DNA of 23,502 nucleotides from an uncultured bacterium (GTDB taxonomy: Bacteria > T1Sed10-126), in NCBI GenBank assembly GCA_964566495.1, contig CAZMIT010000015.1, positions 1-23,502 on the forward strand, in the 5' to 3' direction. Positions within the stretch are counted from its first letter, which is position 1, and every line of letters starts with the position of its first letter. The notes below the pieces were generated by a model. It was not told the origin of the DNA. It saw nothing but the letters and a program-made list of their open reading frames with translations, and searched no databases. The translations under genes were made by a program, and so were the position numbers. Below, piece after piece: positions 1-9,092 of this stretch.

Positions 1-45
1 CAGTTAAGAAAGTTGCAGGACAACTAAAAATACAATTACAACAAA

Positions 46-427
46 GGGGGCGACCTGGATTCGACGTAATGCCGAAGAGAGAAAGGGCATGCCGGGGTTG
101 ACCTGTTCACCCCGTCAGAAAAGAGCAGGCTTTTGTTCATTTGCCGAACAACCTATGGCTATGGCGGCCTAACACAGCCGCCACTCCGCACTGATTAGTG
201 CGGGGCTCCGCCCGGCTGCTTTCCCTGTGAGCGTCGGTAGCGGAGTAACGGTAGCAGGGGTTCACCGGCGTGCTTCCTTCCGCCGTCGGCTGAACTATCA
301 AGGAGGGTGCAGCAGGTGCAGACTCCCGCCCGTTGGGACTCACCTGTGAAGTTTTTACAGCGGGCTAAGCATGTAGACCTTTCTGTCAGAAGCATTGCGG
401 ACGCGGGTTCGATTCCCGCCGCCTCCA
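46..427 (+). ncRNA. ssrA: tmRNA (transfer-messenger RNA), one-piece
   Basis: 5' GGGGGCG (46-52) pairs with CGCCTCC (420-426), giving the alanine-identity G3.U wobble (G48.T424) and discriminator A427. GGATTCGAC lies near the 5' end and the T-arm GCGGGTTCGATTCCCGC near the 3' end. A PK1-like element (CGGGGTTGA/TCACCCCG, with loop CCTG pairing to CAGG) precedes the tag frame. CCA is not encoded. Confidence 0.97.
143..172 (+). other. tmRNA tag reading frame, (A)AEQPMAMAA-stop
   Basis: GCC GAA CAA CCT ATG GCT ATG GCG GCC TAA follows PK1 and ends in Ala-Ala-stop like typical proteolysis tags. A sits at -4 relative to the resume codon. Confidence 0.88.
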
Positions 428-577
428 TTTTTCTTTCTTAACCACCAGAGCAATAAATTCGAAACTAAAACCAGAGGTATGATTAGCGCGACACCTCTTC
501 AACTAACCTTATCTGCTATAGATCAGTTCATCCGGTGCTCGATACTTGCGCCCGGTTACGACGCGGGAGGCTAAGTT

Positions 578-1783
578 TTGCAGAAAAATATAACCAAAGC
601 TCTACTATTTTTGCTACTCTTTCTGATTTCAACCAGTCCTCTTTACGGGGGAACTATTAATCTGGTTGATATTGAAGGAAGGTTGTTAAACGAAGTTTCA
701 GCTCGAGAAACTGACGACTCAGTGCTGCTTGACCTGCGGGATTTATTTTTCTCGCTTGACTTTAATGTTAATTGGCGTGAGGAGTCGCAGCGCCTCGAAG
801 TTGAAGCCGACGCGACCGAGTATAAATTTCGGCCGGGGAAAGGTCTTGTGGCTGTTAACGGTGAAGATTTATTACCGCTTGACCCGCCAGAGCTGCACCG
901 GGAGAGGTTGTTTTTAGAAGTAAATTCGGTTGAAAATTTTTTGACGGAGGAATTGAGAAAAAACACGACCTGGAATCCTTCCCGTAGCCAGTTGCAGCTG
1001 GTTGAGGCAGAGGAAAGTGAGGCGGCAGAAGTTGATGAAAGGAGCAAAGATCCCGTCGCTGATTTTTTAGGTGAAGCGGCGGCGGAGGAACGTGATGATG
1101 GGGAATTACTTGTAGTTGTTGATCCCGGTCACGGTGGTCGTGATCCGGGAGCTATTGGTCCTAACGGACTGATGGAAAAAGAGGTGGCCCTGGACATATC
1201 TCGCCGACTGGCGGACATGATTGAGCGTGAATACGAGCAAATTGAGACTCACCTGACTCGCGAAGAGGATGTTTTTATTTCGTTGGAAGATCGGACTCGA
1301 GTGGCCAACGAGCTCAACGCGGACCTCTTTATCTCCATCCACGCGAACGGGCACCACTCCCAGTATGCTCGTGGTTTTGAAGTTTTCACCCTGAGCGGCG
1401 AGGCTTCAGACCCCTCCGCCGAGGAACTTGCCGAAACTGAAAATAGTGTCCTGAAATACGAAGGTTACGATGCCGACGATCTCGACGACGTGGCCTGGAT
1501 CCTCCATCAGCTTCGGGCTACGGTGCATACACGTGACAGCCAGGAGCTGGCTCGTCAGATGGTCGAGCTGATGGAAGATAAATTACCCGTCCCTAACCGC
1601 GGGGTCAAGCAGGCACCTCTCTGGGTTTTAAAAGACGCTCAAATGCCTTCGGTGCTTGTCGAAGCCGGTTTTCTCTCCAATCCCCAGGAGGAACGTCGGC
1701 TGCGGAGCAGTGATTATCAGGAATCCGTGGCCGAGGCGATCACAAAAACTGTGCGTCAGTATCTCCAAAATAACAACCATTAA
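578..1783 (+). CDS. N-acetylmuramoyl-L-alanine amidase (Amidase_3) with signal peptide and N-terminal copper-amine-oxidase-like/stalk domain
   Basis: Motifs VVDPGHGGRDPGA, EK, SIHAN and VLVEAGFLSN. Hydrophobic N-terminus. GGAGG precedes the TTG start. Confidence 0.93.
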   Translation: MQKNITKALLFLLLFLISTSPLYGGTINLVDIEGRLLNEVSARETDDSVLLDLRDLFFSLDFNVNWREESQRLEVEADATEYKFRPGKGLVAVNGEDLLPLDPPELHRERLFLEVNSVENFLTEELRKNTTWNPSRSQLQLVEAEESEAAEVDERSKDPVADFLGEAAAEERDDGELLVVVDPGHGGRDPGAIGPNGLMEKEVALDISRRLADMIEREYEQIETHLTREEDVFISLEDRTRVANELNADLFISIHANGHHSQYARGFEVFTLSGEASDPSAEELAETENSVLKYEGYDADDLDDVAWILHQLRATVHTRDSQELARQMVELMEDKLPVPNRGVKQAPLWVLKDAQMPSVLVEAGFLSNPQEERRLRSSDYQESVAEAITKTVRQYLQNNNH

Positions 1784-1851
1784 TTCAGGCCAGCCGGATA
1801 ACTTAGGGTCTTATGAAATATTCAGCTTAAAACTGCCAGGAGAACAATGAA

Positions 1852-2403
1852 ATGAAAAAAATATTACTTATCGCCGCTCCCGTCTTACTGCTGTTATTTG
1901 TTGTCATTCTGTTTTTTTTCCAGCCGGCTGATCCGGATCCCGAACCAGAGGTTGAACCTGTCCCTGAAGAAGAGGTTACTCTATATTATCTGAACGAAGT
2001 GGATTATAATCTTGCCGCAGTTGAGAAGCAATTGCCTGAAACTGAAAGTAGAACTCGGAGGATTCATCAGATAATTGATGAGTTGTCCGAGCAGCCCGAG
2101 GCAGCGGAGTTAATTTCGCTCTTACCGGAGGATTTAGAACTGCACGCCGTTTTTTTTGAGGGACAAACAGTCTACCTTGATTTCAACGACGCCTTAATCG
2201 GTGCAGCCGAAGGGACGACAGGGGAGTTCTTGTTCCTCCATTCAATTATTAATTCCGTTATTGGAAATTTGCCCGAAAAATACAAGCTGGTTCAATTTTT
2301 AGTAGATGGTGAAATGATGAAGACGATCGGCCCCTACGGTGAGGAAAGCGGTCATATCACGATAAAATACCCGCTTGGACCCGAATGGGATATCGTCGAG
2401 TAA
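1852..2403 (+). CDS. GerMN-domain membrane-anchored protein
   Basis: N-terminal TM helix, Pro/Glu linker and GerMN-like segments VTLYY, VYLDFN, SIINSV and VQFLVDG. GerMN genes commonly follow amidases. AGGAG upstream. Confidence 0.8.
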   Translation: MKKILLIAAPVLLLLFVVILFFFQPADPDPEPEVEPVPEEEVTLYYLNEVDYNLAAVEKQLPETESRTRRIHQIIDELSEQPEAAELISLLPEDLELHAVFFEGQTVYLDFNDALIGAAEGTTGEFLFLHSIINSVIGNLPEKYKLVQFLVDGEMMKTIGPYGEESGHITIKYPLGPEWDIVE

Positions 2404-2915
2404 TTTTAGTTCTTACACTGGTTCTCTGTGCCGGTGTTTTATTTTATTACTTAAACACGGATTTCGGTTCGGTTGATCAACCGGGGGACGATATAGAGGT
2501 AGCCCATGTCCTGGAAGAGTTTGAACTGGTTGAAAACGTGGCGCCAGACAAGCGCTGGGTCTTGTTTTCCCCACGGGCACATAGAAGTGATAACCAGGTT
2601 AATTTACAAAACCCGGAAATCAAATATATTGAAGGCGATAAAAATTTAGCTGAAATTTATGCCCGGGAAGGACGTTATGACCTGGCAGGGGAACATCTGT
2701 GGCTCAAGGGAGAAGTTATTATTAAACGGCCTCATCTATCCCAGGAACTGTACACAGACCAACTGAAGTGGGACGGTCAGACGGGGATTATCAGCACGGA
2801 AGCTGCTTTGCGCTTTGAATTTCGCGAGGGAATACTTACAGCCCGTGGGTTGCGAATGGATTTAGAGGAGGAGCGATTAGAATTAAAATCGGAAGTAGAA
2901 TTCCAGGTACATTAG
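2385..2915 (+). CDS. lptC: LPS export periplasmic bridge protein LptC
   Basis: Single N-terminal TM helix, then beta-jellyroll-like sequence (LYTDQLKWD...ISTE, LTARGLRMDL). Lies directly upstream of lptA-lptB. Confidence 0.82.
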   Translation: MGYRRVILVLTLVLCAGVLFYYLNTDFGSVDQPGDDIEVAHVLEEFELVENVAPDKRWVLFSPRAHRSDNQVNLQNPEIKYIEGDKNLAEIYAREGRYDLAGEHLWLKGEVIIKRPHLSQELYTDQLKWDGQTGIISTEAALRFEFREGILTARGLRMDLEEERLELKSEVEFQVH

Positions 2916-3355
2916 CATTTCTGATTGCGCTGGTTTTTCTGACCAGCGGTGCCGCTTACGGGCGATACGAGATATCAGCCGATCGCCTTGAAGTGGAACA
3001 TTTACAGGAACGCGCTCTTTTAGCCGGCAACGTGGAGGTATCCAGTGAAACCGCGGTCTTGAATGCCGACACCATGGAAATATTTTATCAAGGAGAGTTG
3101 GAGGATATAATTCACATAAGGGCGGTGGGGAGTGTAGAATTTAAGCATGATCGCTGGCAGGCCCGGGGCAACCGGGCTGACTATTATCTCGACGCGGACA
3201 CCGGCGTCCTTAAAGGGAACGCTTATGTCCGCGAGGGCGACAACGAGCTCTGGGGGGAACAGGTCTGGTTTGATGGGCCTGCTAATCGGCTTAAGGTCGT
3301 GGAGGGGGTGCGGGGGAGCCTGAAACCACGAAAGGAGTCGGAAGTTGACAACTGA
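2882..3355 (+). CDS. lptA: LPS transport periplasmic protein LptA (OstA domain). Start uncertain: ATT at 2882 proposed, first ATG/GTG/TTG is at 2993
   Basis: OstA-like segments (ISADRL, GNVEV, LNADTM, AVGSV, LKGNA, GEQVWF) between lptC and lptB. The frame is open from 2819 and encodes a signal peptide upstream of 2993. Confidence 0.82.
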   Translation: MKIGSRIPGTLAFLIALVFLTSGAAYGRYEISADRLEVEHLQERALLAGNVEVSSETAVLNADTMEIFYQGELEDIIHIRAVGSVEFKHDRWQARGNRADYYLDADTGVLKGNAYVREGDNELWGEQVWFDGPANRLKVVEGVRGSLKPRKESEVDN

Positions 3356-4091
3356 ACTTGAAGCAAGTGGACTCGTGAAAAAATATGATGGCCGCCCGGT
3401 TGTGAACGGGGTTGATCTGCATGTGCAGGGGGGAGAAATAACCGGACTGCTGGGACCGAATGGTGCCGGGAAGACGACAACGTTTCTAATGATGGTTGGA
3501 CTGGTGACGCCGGAAGAAGGGAAAGTATATTTGAATGGCGAGGATATTACGTCCCAGCCGCTTTATAAGCGGGCTGAACTGGGTTTAGGTTACCTGCCCC
3601 AGGCCGCCTCCGTTTTTCGGAACCTGACTGTCGAAGAAAATTTTCTGGCTATACTGGAACTTGTGGAAGCGGATCGTGACCGCCGCCAATCCCGGGCCCA
3701 GGAGCTGTTAGAAGAGTTCTCGCTGGAAAAAGTTCGCAACTCAGCCGGTAGTTCTCTCTCCGGTGGCGAGCGCCGCCGGGTTGAAATAGCACGGGCTCTC
3801 ATCCCCCGTCCGGACTTTTTGCTGCTCGACGAGCCGTTTGCCGGGATCGACCCGATAGCAGTCGAAGAGATTCAGAACCTTGTTCGGATGCTTAAAGAGC
3901 GCGGCATTGGGGTTTTAATAACCGATCATAACGTTCGTGAAACTCTTGCAATTACGGATCGTTCTTATATTTTGAATCAGGGACGAATACTCTGCTCCGG
4001 GGCTCCCGAACAGATAAAACAGGATGACCGAGCGAAGCAGGTTTACCTGGGTAATACATTTGTGACCTCTCCAGGAGTTGAGCAAAGATAA
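3345..4091 (+). CDS. lptB: LPS export ABC transporter ATP-binding protein LptB
   Basis: GPNGAGKTT, GYLPQ..SVFR.LTV, LSGGERRRVEIARAL, LLDEPFAGIDP and LITDHNVRETL. Classic position immediately before rpoN. Confidence 0.97.
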   Translation: MTTELEASGLVKKYDGRPVVNGVDLHVQGGEITGLLGPNGAGKTTTFLMMVGLVTPEEGKVYLNGEDITSQPLYKRAELGLGYLPQAASVFRNLTVEENFLAILELVEADRDRRQSRAQELLEEFSLEKVRNSAGSSLSGGERRRVEIARALIPRPDFLLLDEPFAGIDPIAVEEIQNLVRMLKERGIGVLITDHNVRETLAITDRSYILNQGRILCSGAPEQIKQDDRAKQVYLGNTFVTSPGVEQR

Positions 4092-5515
4092 TGTCTGAAC
4101 TTCAGTTGGGGCAGAGCACTTCCACGCAGCAAAAACAGACGCAAAAACAGCGTCTTATTGTTTCACAAAAGCATCAGCAGGCAATTGAGTTGCTGCAGTA
4201 TCCAAAACAGGAAGTTGTACAGTGGTTGACGCAGAAACTCCAGGAAAATCCTCTGCTGGAGATGCGTAAGGAAGAGCCCGAGGAGGACGAGTTTTCGGAA
4301 GAAGACCTGGAAGAGACTGAGATAGAGGAGGAAATTGACTGGGAGAATTTAATAAATCCCGGCGACGACGTGCGACTCTCCTATTCCGGCAGCGGCGGTG
4401 GAAGTAGCTCCGAGGAGAGCTTGCGCGCACTGGCGGAGGAGCATGAGACACTACAGGATTTTCTGGCCCGTCAGCTACAACTGCAGGAACTCACTGAGCA
4501 GGACGAACGATTATGTCAACTCCTTATCTCCCACTTAGATGCGGACGGATATTTCACCGGCGACCTCGAACAGATCGCCGGCGAGCAGGAAGTAAAAGAA
4601 GATAAGCTCAAAAAATTGCTTCGGTTGATCCAGGAGCTTGAGCCACCTGGTGTTGGAGGCCGTAGCTTGGAAGAAGTTTTGTTGCTTCAATTGCAGCAGC
4701 TTGAAGAAGAGATACCATCAAAAGCTGACGTGGTAATACAGGAGCATCTGGAAGACCTTGAGAAGCGTTCTTATAAGAAAATTAGCTCGTCAGTTGGCAT
4801 AGAGCCAGACCGGGTACAGGAAATAGCTGACCTGGTGCGTGAGCTTGAACCGCGTCCGGGGCGTCGGTTTGAGATCCTCAGCCGCCAGTATCTGGAGCCG
4901 GATGTGTATGTCCGCAAGGTTAACGGGAACCTGACGGTCGTTTTAAACGAGGGTGGCTTACCCCCCTTGAGGATTAACGCCCGTTACCGGTCGATGCTTG
5001 AGAGCGATGATCCTGAACTGGTTGAATACGTAAAAGAGAAATTAAGCGGGGCACTATGGATTATCAACTGTATTTATCAGCGCCAGCAGACTTTATATAA
5101 AGTTGTGAGCGAAATTTTTACAAGACAGGACGATTTTTTCGAACAGGGGGAGAAGGGAATTAAACCGCTGGTGATGAAAGAGGTGGCCGACGCAGTTGAT
5201 CTGCACGAGTCAACTGTCAGTCGGGCGGTGCGGGAAAAATATGTCCAGACCCCGCGCGGGTTGTATGAACTGGGTTTTTTCTTTGCTCCGGCATTAAAGA
5301 CAGCTGACGATGGCGAGGTGTCGGCGGTCGCCGCACGAGCAATGCTGCGGGAAATAGTAGAGAACGAGGACAAGACGGATCCTTTGAACGATCGAGAAAT
5401 CAAGGAGGAAATGGCCGATCGTGGTGTGCAGATCGGTCGGCGAACTGTCTCTAAATATCGTAAACAGATGCAAATTCCGAAGTGGAAATTACGACAAAGA
5501 GTAACTGCTAATTAA
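4091..5515 (+). CDS. rpoN: RNA polymerase sigma-54 factor
   Basis: Gln-rich region I, ENPLLE, acidic region II, HESTVSRA helix-turn-helix and RpoN box GRRTVSKYR. Confidence 0.97.
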   Translation: MSELQLGQSTSTQQKQTQKQRLIVSQKHQQAIELLQYPKQEVVQWLTQKLQENPLLEMRKEEPEEDEFSEEDLEETEIEEEIDWENLINPGDDVRLSYSGSGGGSSSEESLRALAEEHETLQDFLARQLQLQELTEQDERLCQLLISHLDADGYFTGDLEQIAGEQEVKEDKLKKLLRLIQELEPPGVGGRSLEEVLLLQLQQLEEEIPSKADVVIQEHLEDLEKRSYKKISSSVGIEPDRVQEIADLVRELEPRPGRRFEILSRQYLEPDVYVRKVNGNLTVVLNEGGLPPLRINARYRSMLESDDPELVEYVKEKLSGALWIINCIYQRQQTLYKVVSEIFTRQDDFFEQGEKGIKPLVMKEVADAVDLHESTVSRAVREKYVQTPRGLYELGFFFAPALKTADDGEVSAVAARAMLREIVENEDKTDPLNDREIKEEMADRGVQIGRRTVSKYRKQMQIPKWKLRQRVTAN

Positions 5516-5558
5516 TTAATTTGCGTTATAATTACTGGCCTGAGGAGGCTGATTAGTT

Positions 5559-6131
5559 ATGGAGATGGAGTACCAATTTGTGGGACAGAACATTGAGCTG
5601 ACGGAGCCCCTGAAAAATTATGCTCGAAAACGAACAGAAAAATTGTTAAAATACCTTGGTTCGGATGAGGAACAGGTCGCCAGCATGAGAATAAAGATGG
5701 AAGTAGAGGGGGAGAGGCAGATAGTTGATTTACAGTTAAATGGGGTAGGAGAATTTTTTGAAGGGCAGGCGGAAACCCCGGACATGTATTCTTCCATAGA
5801 TCTGGCGGTAGATAAGCTGGCTCGCCAGCTGCGGCGTTATCACGATCGGGTGACTGACCACCGGAAGAAAGATCTTAACGGCCCAAATCGGAAGCTGGCT
5901 TCTAAAGTATTTTCGCTGGCCGAAGAGCAGGACGACGCGGTTGAAGAAGACAGTGAAATAATCAAGCGACAAACATTCACGGCCAAACCAATGTCCGTCG
6001 AAGAGGCCGTCTTACAGATGGAAAAATTAGGATATAATTTTTTTGTTTTTACAAATCAGGTCACTGAGGATATAAACGTAGTCTATGAGAGAAATGACGG
6101 TAATTACGGAGTAATCGAAACGGGACATTAA
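5559..6131 (+). CDS. hpf: Long-form ribosome hibernation promoting factor
   Basis: G.NIELTEPLKNY, DMYSSID.AVDKL.RQL and C-terminal domain KPMSVEEA..QM..LG..FFVF...INVVY.R.DG.YG. GAGGAGG upstream. Confidence 0.95.
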   Translation: MEMEYQFVGQNIELTEPLKNYARKRTEKLLKYLGSDEEQVASMRIKMEVEGERQIVDLQLNGVGEFFEGQAETPDMYSSIDLAVDKLARQLRRYHDRVTDHRKKDLNGPNRKLASKVFSLAEEQDDAVEEDSEIIKRQTFTAKPMSVEEAVLQMEKLGYNFFVFTNQVTEDINVVYERNDGNYGVIETGH

Positions 6132-6160
6132 GAAGTTTATTTAATAGGAGGAGCGTATTC

Positions 6161-6649
6161 ATGGCAACATTAGAACGAGCAGATTCCATCGGTATAGCAG
6201 AGCTACTCACCGGGGATGTAATAGAACCCCAGCTTGCGGCAGAAACCAGGAGCGAAGTATTTCGCAAGTTGATTGATATGCTTGCCGATGCCGGAAAAGT
6301 TTCCGATGCTGATGAGGCACTGAAAGCAATCACTGAACGGGAAGAAATTTTGAGCACAGGTATTGGTAACGGCGTTGCTATTCCCCATGCTAAGTCAGCC
6401 GCCGTTGACTCGCTTGTCGCCGCTTTCGGTCGCAGCGAAGAAGGAATTGACTTCAAATCTTTGGACGGGAAACCGGCCAGATTGATTTTTCTGCTTATCT
6501 CCCCAGAAGCGGAGGCTGGTCTGCACGTCCGGGCTCTCGCTCGTATCAGTCGTATGCTCAAAAATACGGAGTTTCGGAGCCGCTTGCTGGAAGAGGACTC
6601 GACAGATGCGATAATCGAGGCTATTCGCGATCAGGAAGATCAGCAGTAA
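6161..6649 (+). CDS. ptsN: PTS EIIA protein, fructose/mannitol (PtsN/EIIA-Ntr-like) family
   Basis: ERE..LSTGIGNGVAIPHA (phospho-His), GIDF.SLDGKP and H...LARISR. Lies in the rpoN operon. Confidence 0.88.
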   Translation: MATLERADSIGIAELLTGDVIEPQLAAETRSEVFRKLIDMLADAGKVSDADEALKAITEREEILSTGIGNGVAIPHAKSAAVDSLVAAFGRSEEGIDFKSLDGKPARLIFLLISPEAEAGLHVRALARISRMLKNTEFRSRLLEEDSTDAIIEAIRDQEDQQ

Positions 6650-6682
6650 ATTAACAGGACCCCTTAAATTTGGAGCCGGTTA

Positions 6683-7570
6683 ATGAGTAAACTCACCTGT
6701 TACCTGGTAACCGGTCTCTCAGGAGCCGGAAAAAGTCACGCTCTACAAATCTTTGAGGACCTGGGGATATCCTGTGTGGATAATTTGCCCGGCGAACTCG
6801 TGGAGTCTTTTGTTGAAGTCGCCGGACAAAAAAAAGACGAGTCTAAAGTCGCTTTAATACTGGATGTCCGGGAAAAGAAGTTTGTTAACCAGTTCCCGGA
6901 ATTACTGGAGTTCTTTGAGGACAAAAGTGATGTCCAGTTAAAAATAATTTTTCTGGAAGCTTCAACCGAGGAGCTCCTGCGACGTTACCAGGAGTCGCGT
7001 CGTCCGCATCCGTTGTCCGAAAACCTTGACCTCAAGAAGGCGATTGAGAAGGAACGTGAGTTGCTTAAACCGGTAAGAAAAGCGGCCAATTTGATCCTCG
7101 ATACCACGAGAATAAACATTCATCAGTTGAAACGACTGCTGGCTGACCTTGTTTCCAATTCTCCCCAGAAGAACCTGGTCCTATCCCTGGTTAGTTTTGG
7201 CTTTAAAAATGGTCCGCCTGCTCATCTGGATTTCTTGTTTGATTGTCGGTTTTTGCCTAATCCTTATTATGAACCACAGTTGAAAGAGAAAACCGGTCTG
7301 GATAAAGAAATCGAGGATTATTTTGCCGAACATCCCGAAGTTAATATTTATCTGAACAGGGTAGGAGATTTTTTAGATCCGGTTATCGACTCTTACCATA
7401 AAACTGACAAGCTTGGTCTATCAGTGGGGTTGGGATGTACCGGGGGCCGCCACCGGTCAGTGTTCCTGGTTGAACAACTGGCTAAAAGATTTACCGGGCA
7501 ACGTTTCTTAACCACTTCGGTAACTCATCGCGATCTCGCCGAAGAAGTGCCCAGTGAGGCGGAACAATGA
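6683..7570 (+). CDS. rapZ: RapZ/YvcJ family P-loop protein
   Basis: VTGLSGAGKS, CVDNLP, RRPHPL, SFGFK.G, FDCRFLPNPYY and GCTGGRHRSV. Confidence 0.95.
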   Translation: MSKLTCYLVTGLSGAGKSHALQIFEDLGISCVDNLPGELVESFVEVAGQKKDESKVALILDVREKKFVNQFPELLEFFEDKSDVQLKIIFLEASTEELLRRYQESRRPHPLSENLDLKKAIEKERELLKPVRKAANLILDTTRINIHQLKRLLADLVSNSPQKNLVLSLVSFGFKNGPPAHLDFLFDCRFLPNPYYEPQLKEKTGLDKEIEDYFAEHPEVNIYLNRVGDFLDPVIDSYHKTDKLGLSVGLGCTGGRHRSVFLVEQLAKRFTGQRFLTTSVTHRDLAEEVPSEAEQ

Positions 7571-8811
7571 TGCGGATGTGGAACTGGCTCAAACCGGGTC
7601 TGGGATTAAAACGCTGGATTAGTATGACCCTTGTGGGGGGAGTGGTGCTTGCCCTGGGCTTAAGCGGCTTTTTTGACGAGTATCTGCCGGAACTAACCGG
7701 TCTTGGCCTGCGTGCTTACGTGCTTACCCTGCTGGGGCTGCTGTTGATAGGGCTGGCTCTGCTTGGACTTATTTTTTCGCTGGTAAGTAAGATATATACC
7801 GATAGCGTGCCGCTGGTTCAAAAATTACAGCGACGCTCCCGGCTGCAGAGTGGACCTTCGATTGTTGCCATTGGTGGGGGAACCGGGTTATCGACATTTC
7901 TCAGGGGGTTAAAAGAATATACTGTAAATCTCACAGCGGTAGTAGCAGTTACTGACGATGGTGGTAGTAGTGGCCGGCTTCGGGATGATTTTGATCTGCC
8001 CGCTCCCGGTGATCTGAGAAACTGCCTGGTTGCGCTTGCCCCCGAGGAGCAACGCCTGTCCGAACTTTTTACTTACCGGTTCAGCGGCGAGAGCGAGCTG
8101 GCCGGTCACAGCCTCGGCAATATATTACTGACTGCGCTCTCCGATATACACGGTGGCTTCCCTGAAGCAATCAGGGCCTGTTCTGAAGTGCTGGCCATCC
8201 AGGGACGAGTTTTACCCGCTATGCTTGGACATCCTGAACTGCGTGCCACGATGAGCGACGACTCGCAATACGTTGGCGAGACTAATATCACTTCGGCCGG
8301 GAAGCAGATTGAATCACTGGAAGTTGTTCCGCAACCGGCGCGTCCTAATCCCGAGGCTATCTCTGCCGTAGCTGACGCCGATCTAATTGTTGTCGGCCCC
8401 GGCAGCCTCTATACTTCGATATTGACTAACTTTTTAGAACCAAAATTGTGTTCTGCCGTCTGTCAAGCAGATGCTCCCGTGGTTTATATCTGCAACCTGA
8501 TGACCCAGGCGGGTGAGACGGGCGATTATCGGGTTAGCGATCACCTGGAGGCTTTTAAAGAAATTCCCCCGCAACCAGTAGTATTTGACCATATCCTGGT
8601 TAATACACGTCAGGCTCCCCGGGAGATTCGGGAGGAATACGAGGCTGAAGGTGCCCGGCAGGTGCAGTTTGATTACGACGTTGTGAAAAAGTATGACTTG
8701 AAAATACATGCTCAGAATTTTATTGAGGTCGATGAACACATTCGCCATGACGTTGGGGCAGTGGTAGAACGGCTGGAAGGTATTGTCAATTTTCAGGGAG
8801 GTGCTGGTTAA
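7567..8811 (+). CDS. yvcK: YvcK/GlmR (CofD-like UDP-GlcNAc-binding) protein with N-terminal membrane helices
   Basis: IGGGTGLS, DDGGSSGRLR, PGDLRNCL, GHSLGN, GPGSLYTS, NLMTQ.GET and RHD. Two hydrophobic segments follow WLKPGLGLKRW. Confidence 0.93.
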   Translation: MMRMWNWLKPGLGLKRWISMTLVGGVVLALGLSGFFDEYLPELTGLGLRAYVLTLLGLLLIGLALLGLIFSLVSKIYTDSVPLVQKLQRRSRLQSGPSIVAIGGGTGLSTFLRGLKEYTVNLTAVVAVTDDGGSSGRLRDDFDLPAPGDLRNCLVALAPEEQRLSELFTYRFSGESELAGHSLGNILLTALSDIHGGFPEAIRACSEVLAIQGRVLPAMLGHPELRATMSDDSQYVGETNITSAGKQIESLEVVPQPARPNPEAISAVADADLIVVGPGSLYTSILTNFLEPKLCSAVCQADAPVVYICNLMTQAGETGDYRVSDHLEAFKEIPPQPVVFDHILVNTRQAPREIREEYEAEGARQVQFDYDVVKKYDLKIHAQNFIEVDEHIRHDVGAVVERLEGIVNFQGGAG

Positions 8812-8813
8812 CG

Positions 8814-9092
8814 GTGCAAGAAAAGACGCTCAAAGTAAACTCTGCCTCGGGCCTGCACGCTCGCTCGGCTCAAATGATTGTCAGGACTATGGCAAAGTAT
8901 GACTCAAAGGTTACCCTGAGCAATGAAAACGCCGAGGCTAATGCCGCCAGTGTTCTTGATTTGATGATGCTTGCGGCCGCTCCCGGGACTGAAGTTGAAG
9001 CGCTGGTAAAAGGCGAGGATGAGGAGAAAGCGATGCAAGCTCTGGAAGATCTTTTCGAAAATAATTTTTATCGGGATGATCCGAATGGCTGA
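8814..9092 (+). CDS. ptsH: HPr family phosphocarrier protein
   Basis: GLHAR (His15 equivalent), NAASVL (Ser46 equivalent) and G.DEEKA. GGGAGGTG precedes the GTG start. Confidence 0.92.
   Translation: MQEKTLKVNSASGLHARSAQMIVRTMAKYDSKVTLSNENAEANAASVLDLMMLAAAPGTEVEALVKGEDEEKAMQALEDLFENNFYRDDPNG

Noticed and set aside
137..428. Two minus-strand ORFs (137-343 and 195-428)
   Set aside because: Both are antisense to the tmRNA. MEAAGIEPAS is the usual translation of a reverse-complemented tRNA-like 3' end.
1847..1855. Minimal uORF ATG AAA TGA overlapping the GerMN start
   Set aside because: It lies only 4 nt from the RBS, whereas the real start is 9 nt away. Likely chance in A-rich sequence.
4159..4174. 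parS site (TGTTTCAC...)
   Set aside because: Only a half-site, inside the rpoN coding sequence; the second half does not match GTGAAACA.
5516..5558. Sigma-54 or sigma70 promoter before hpf
   Set aside because: TGGC is not followed by a correctly spaced TTGC. TATAAT at 5527-5532 has no convincing -35, so it is left uncalled.
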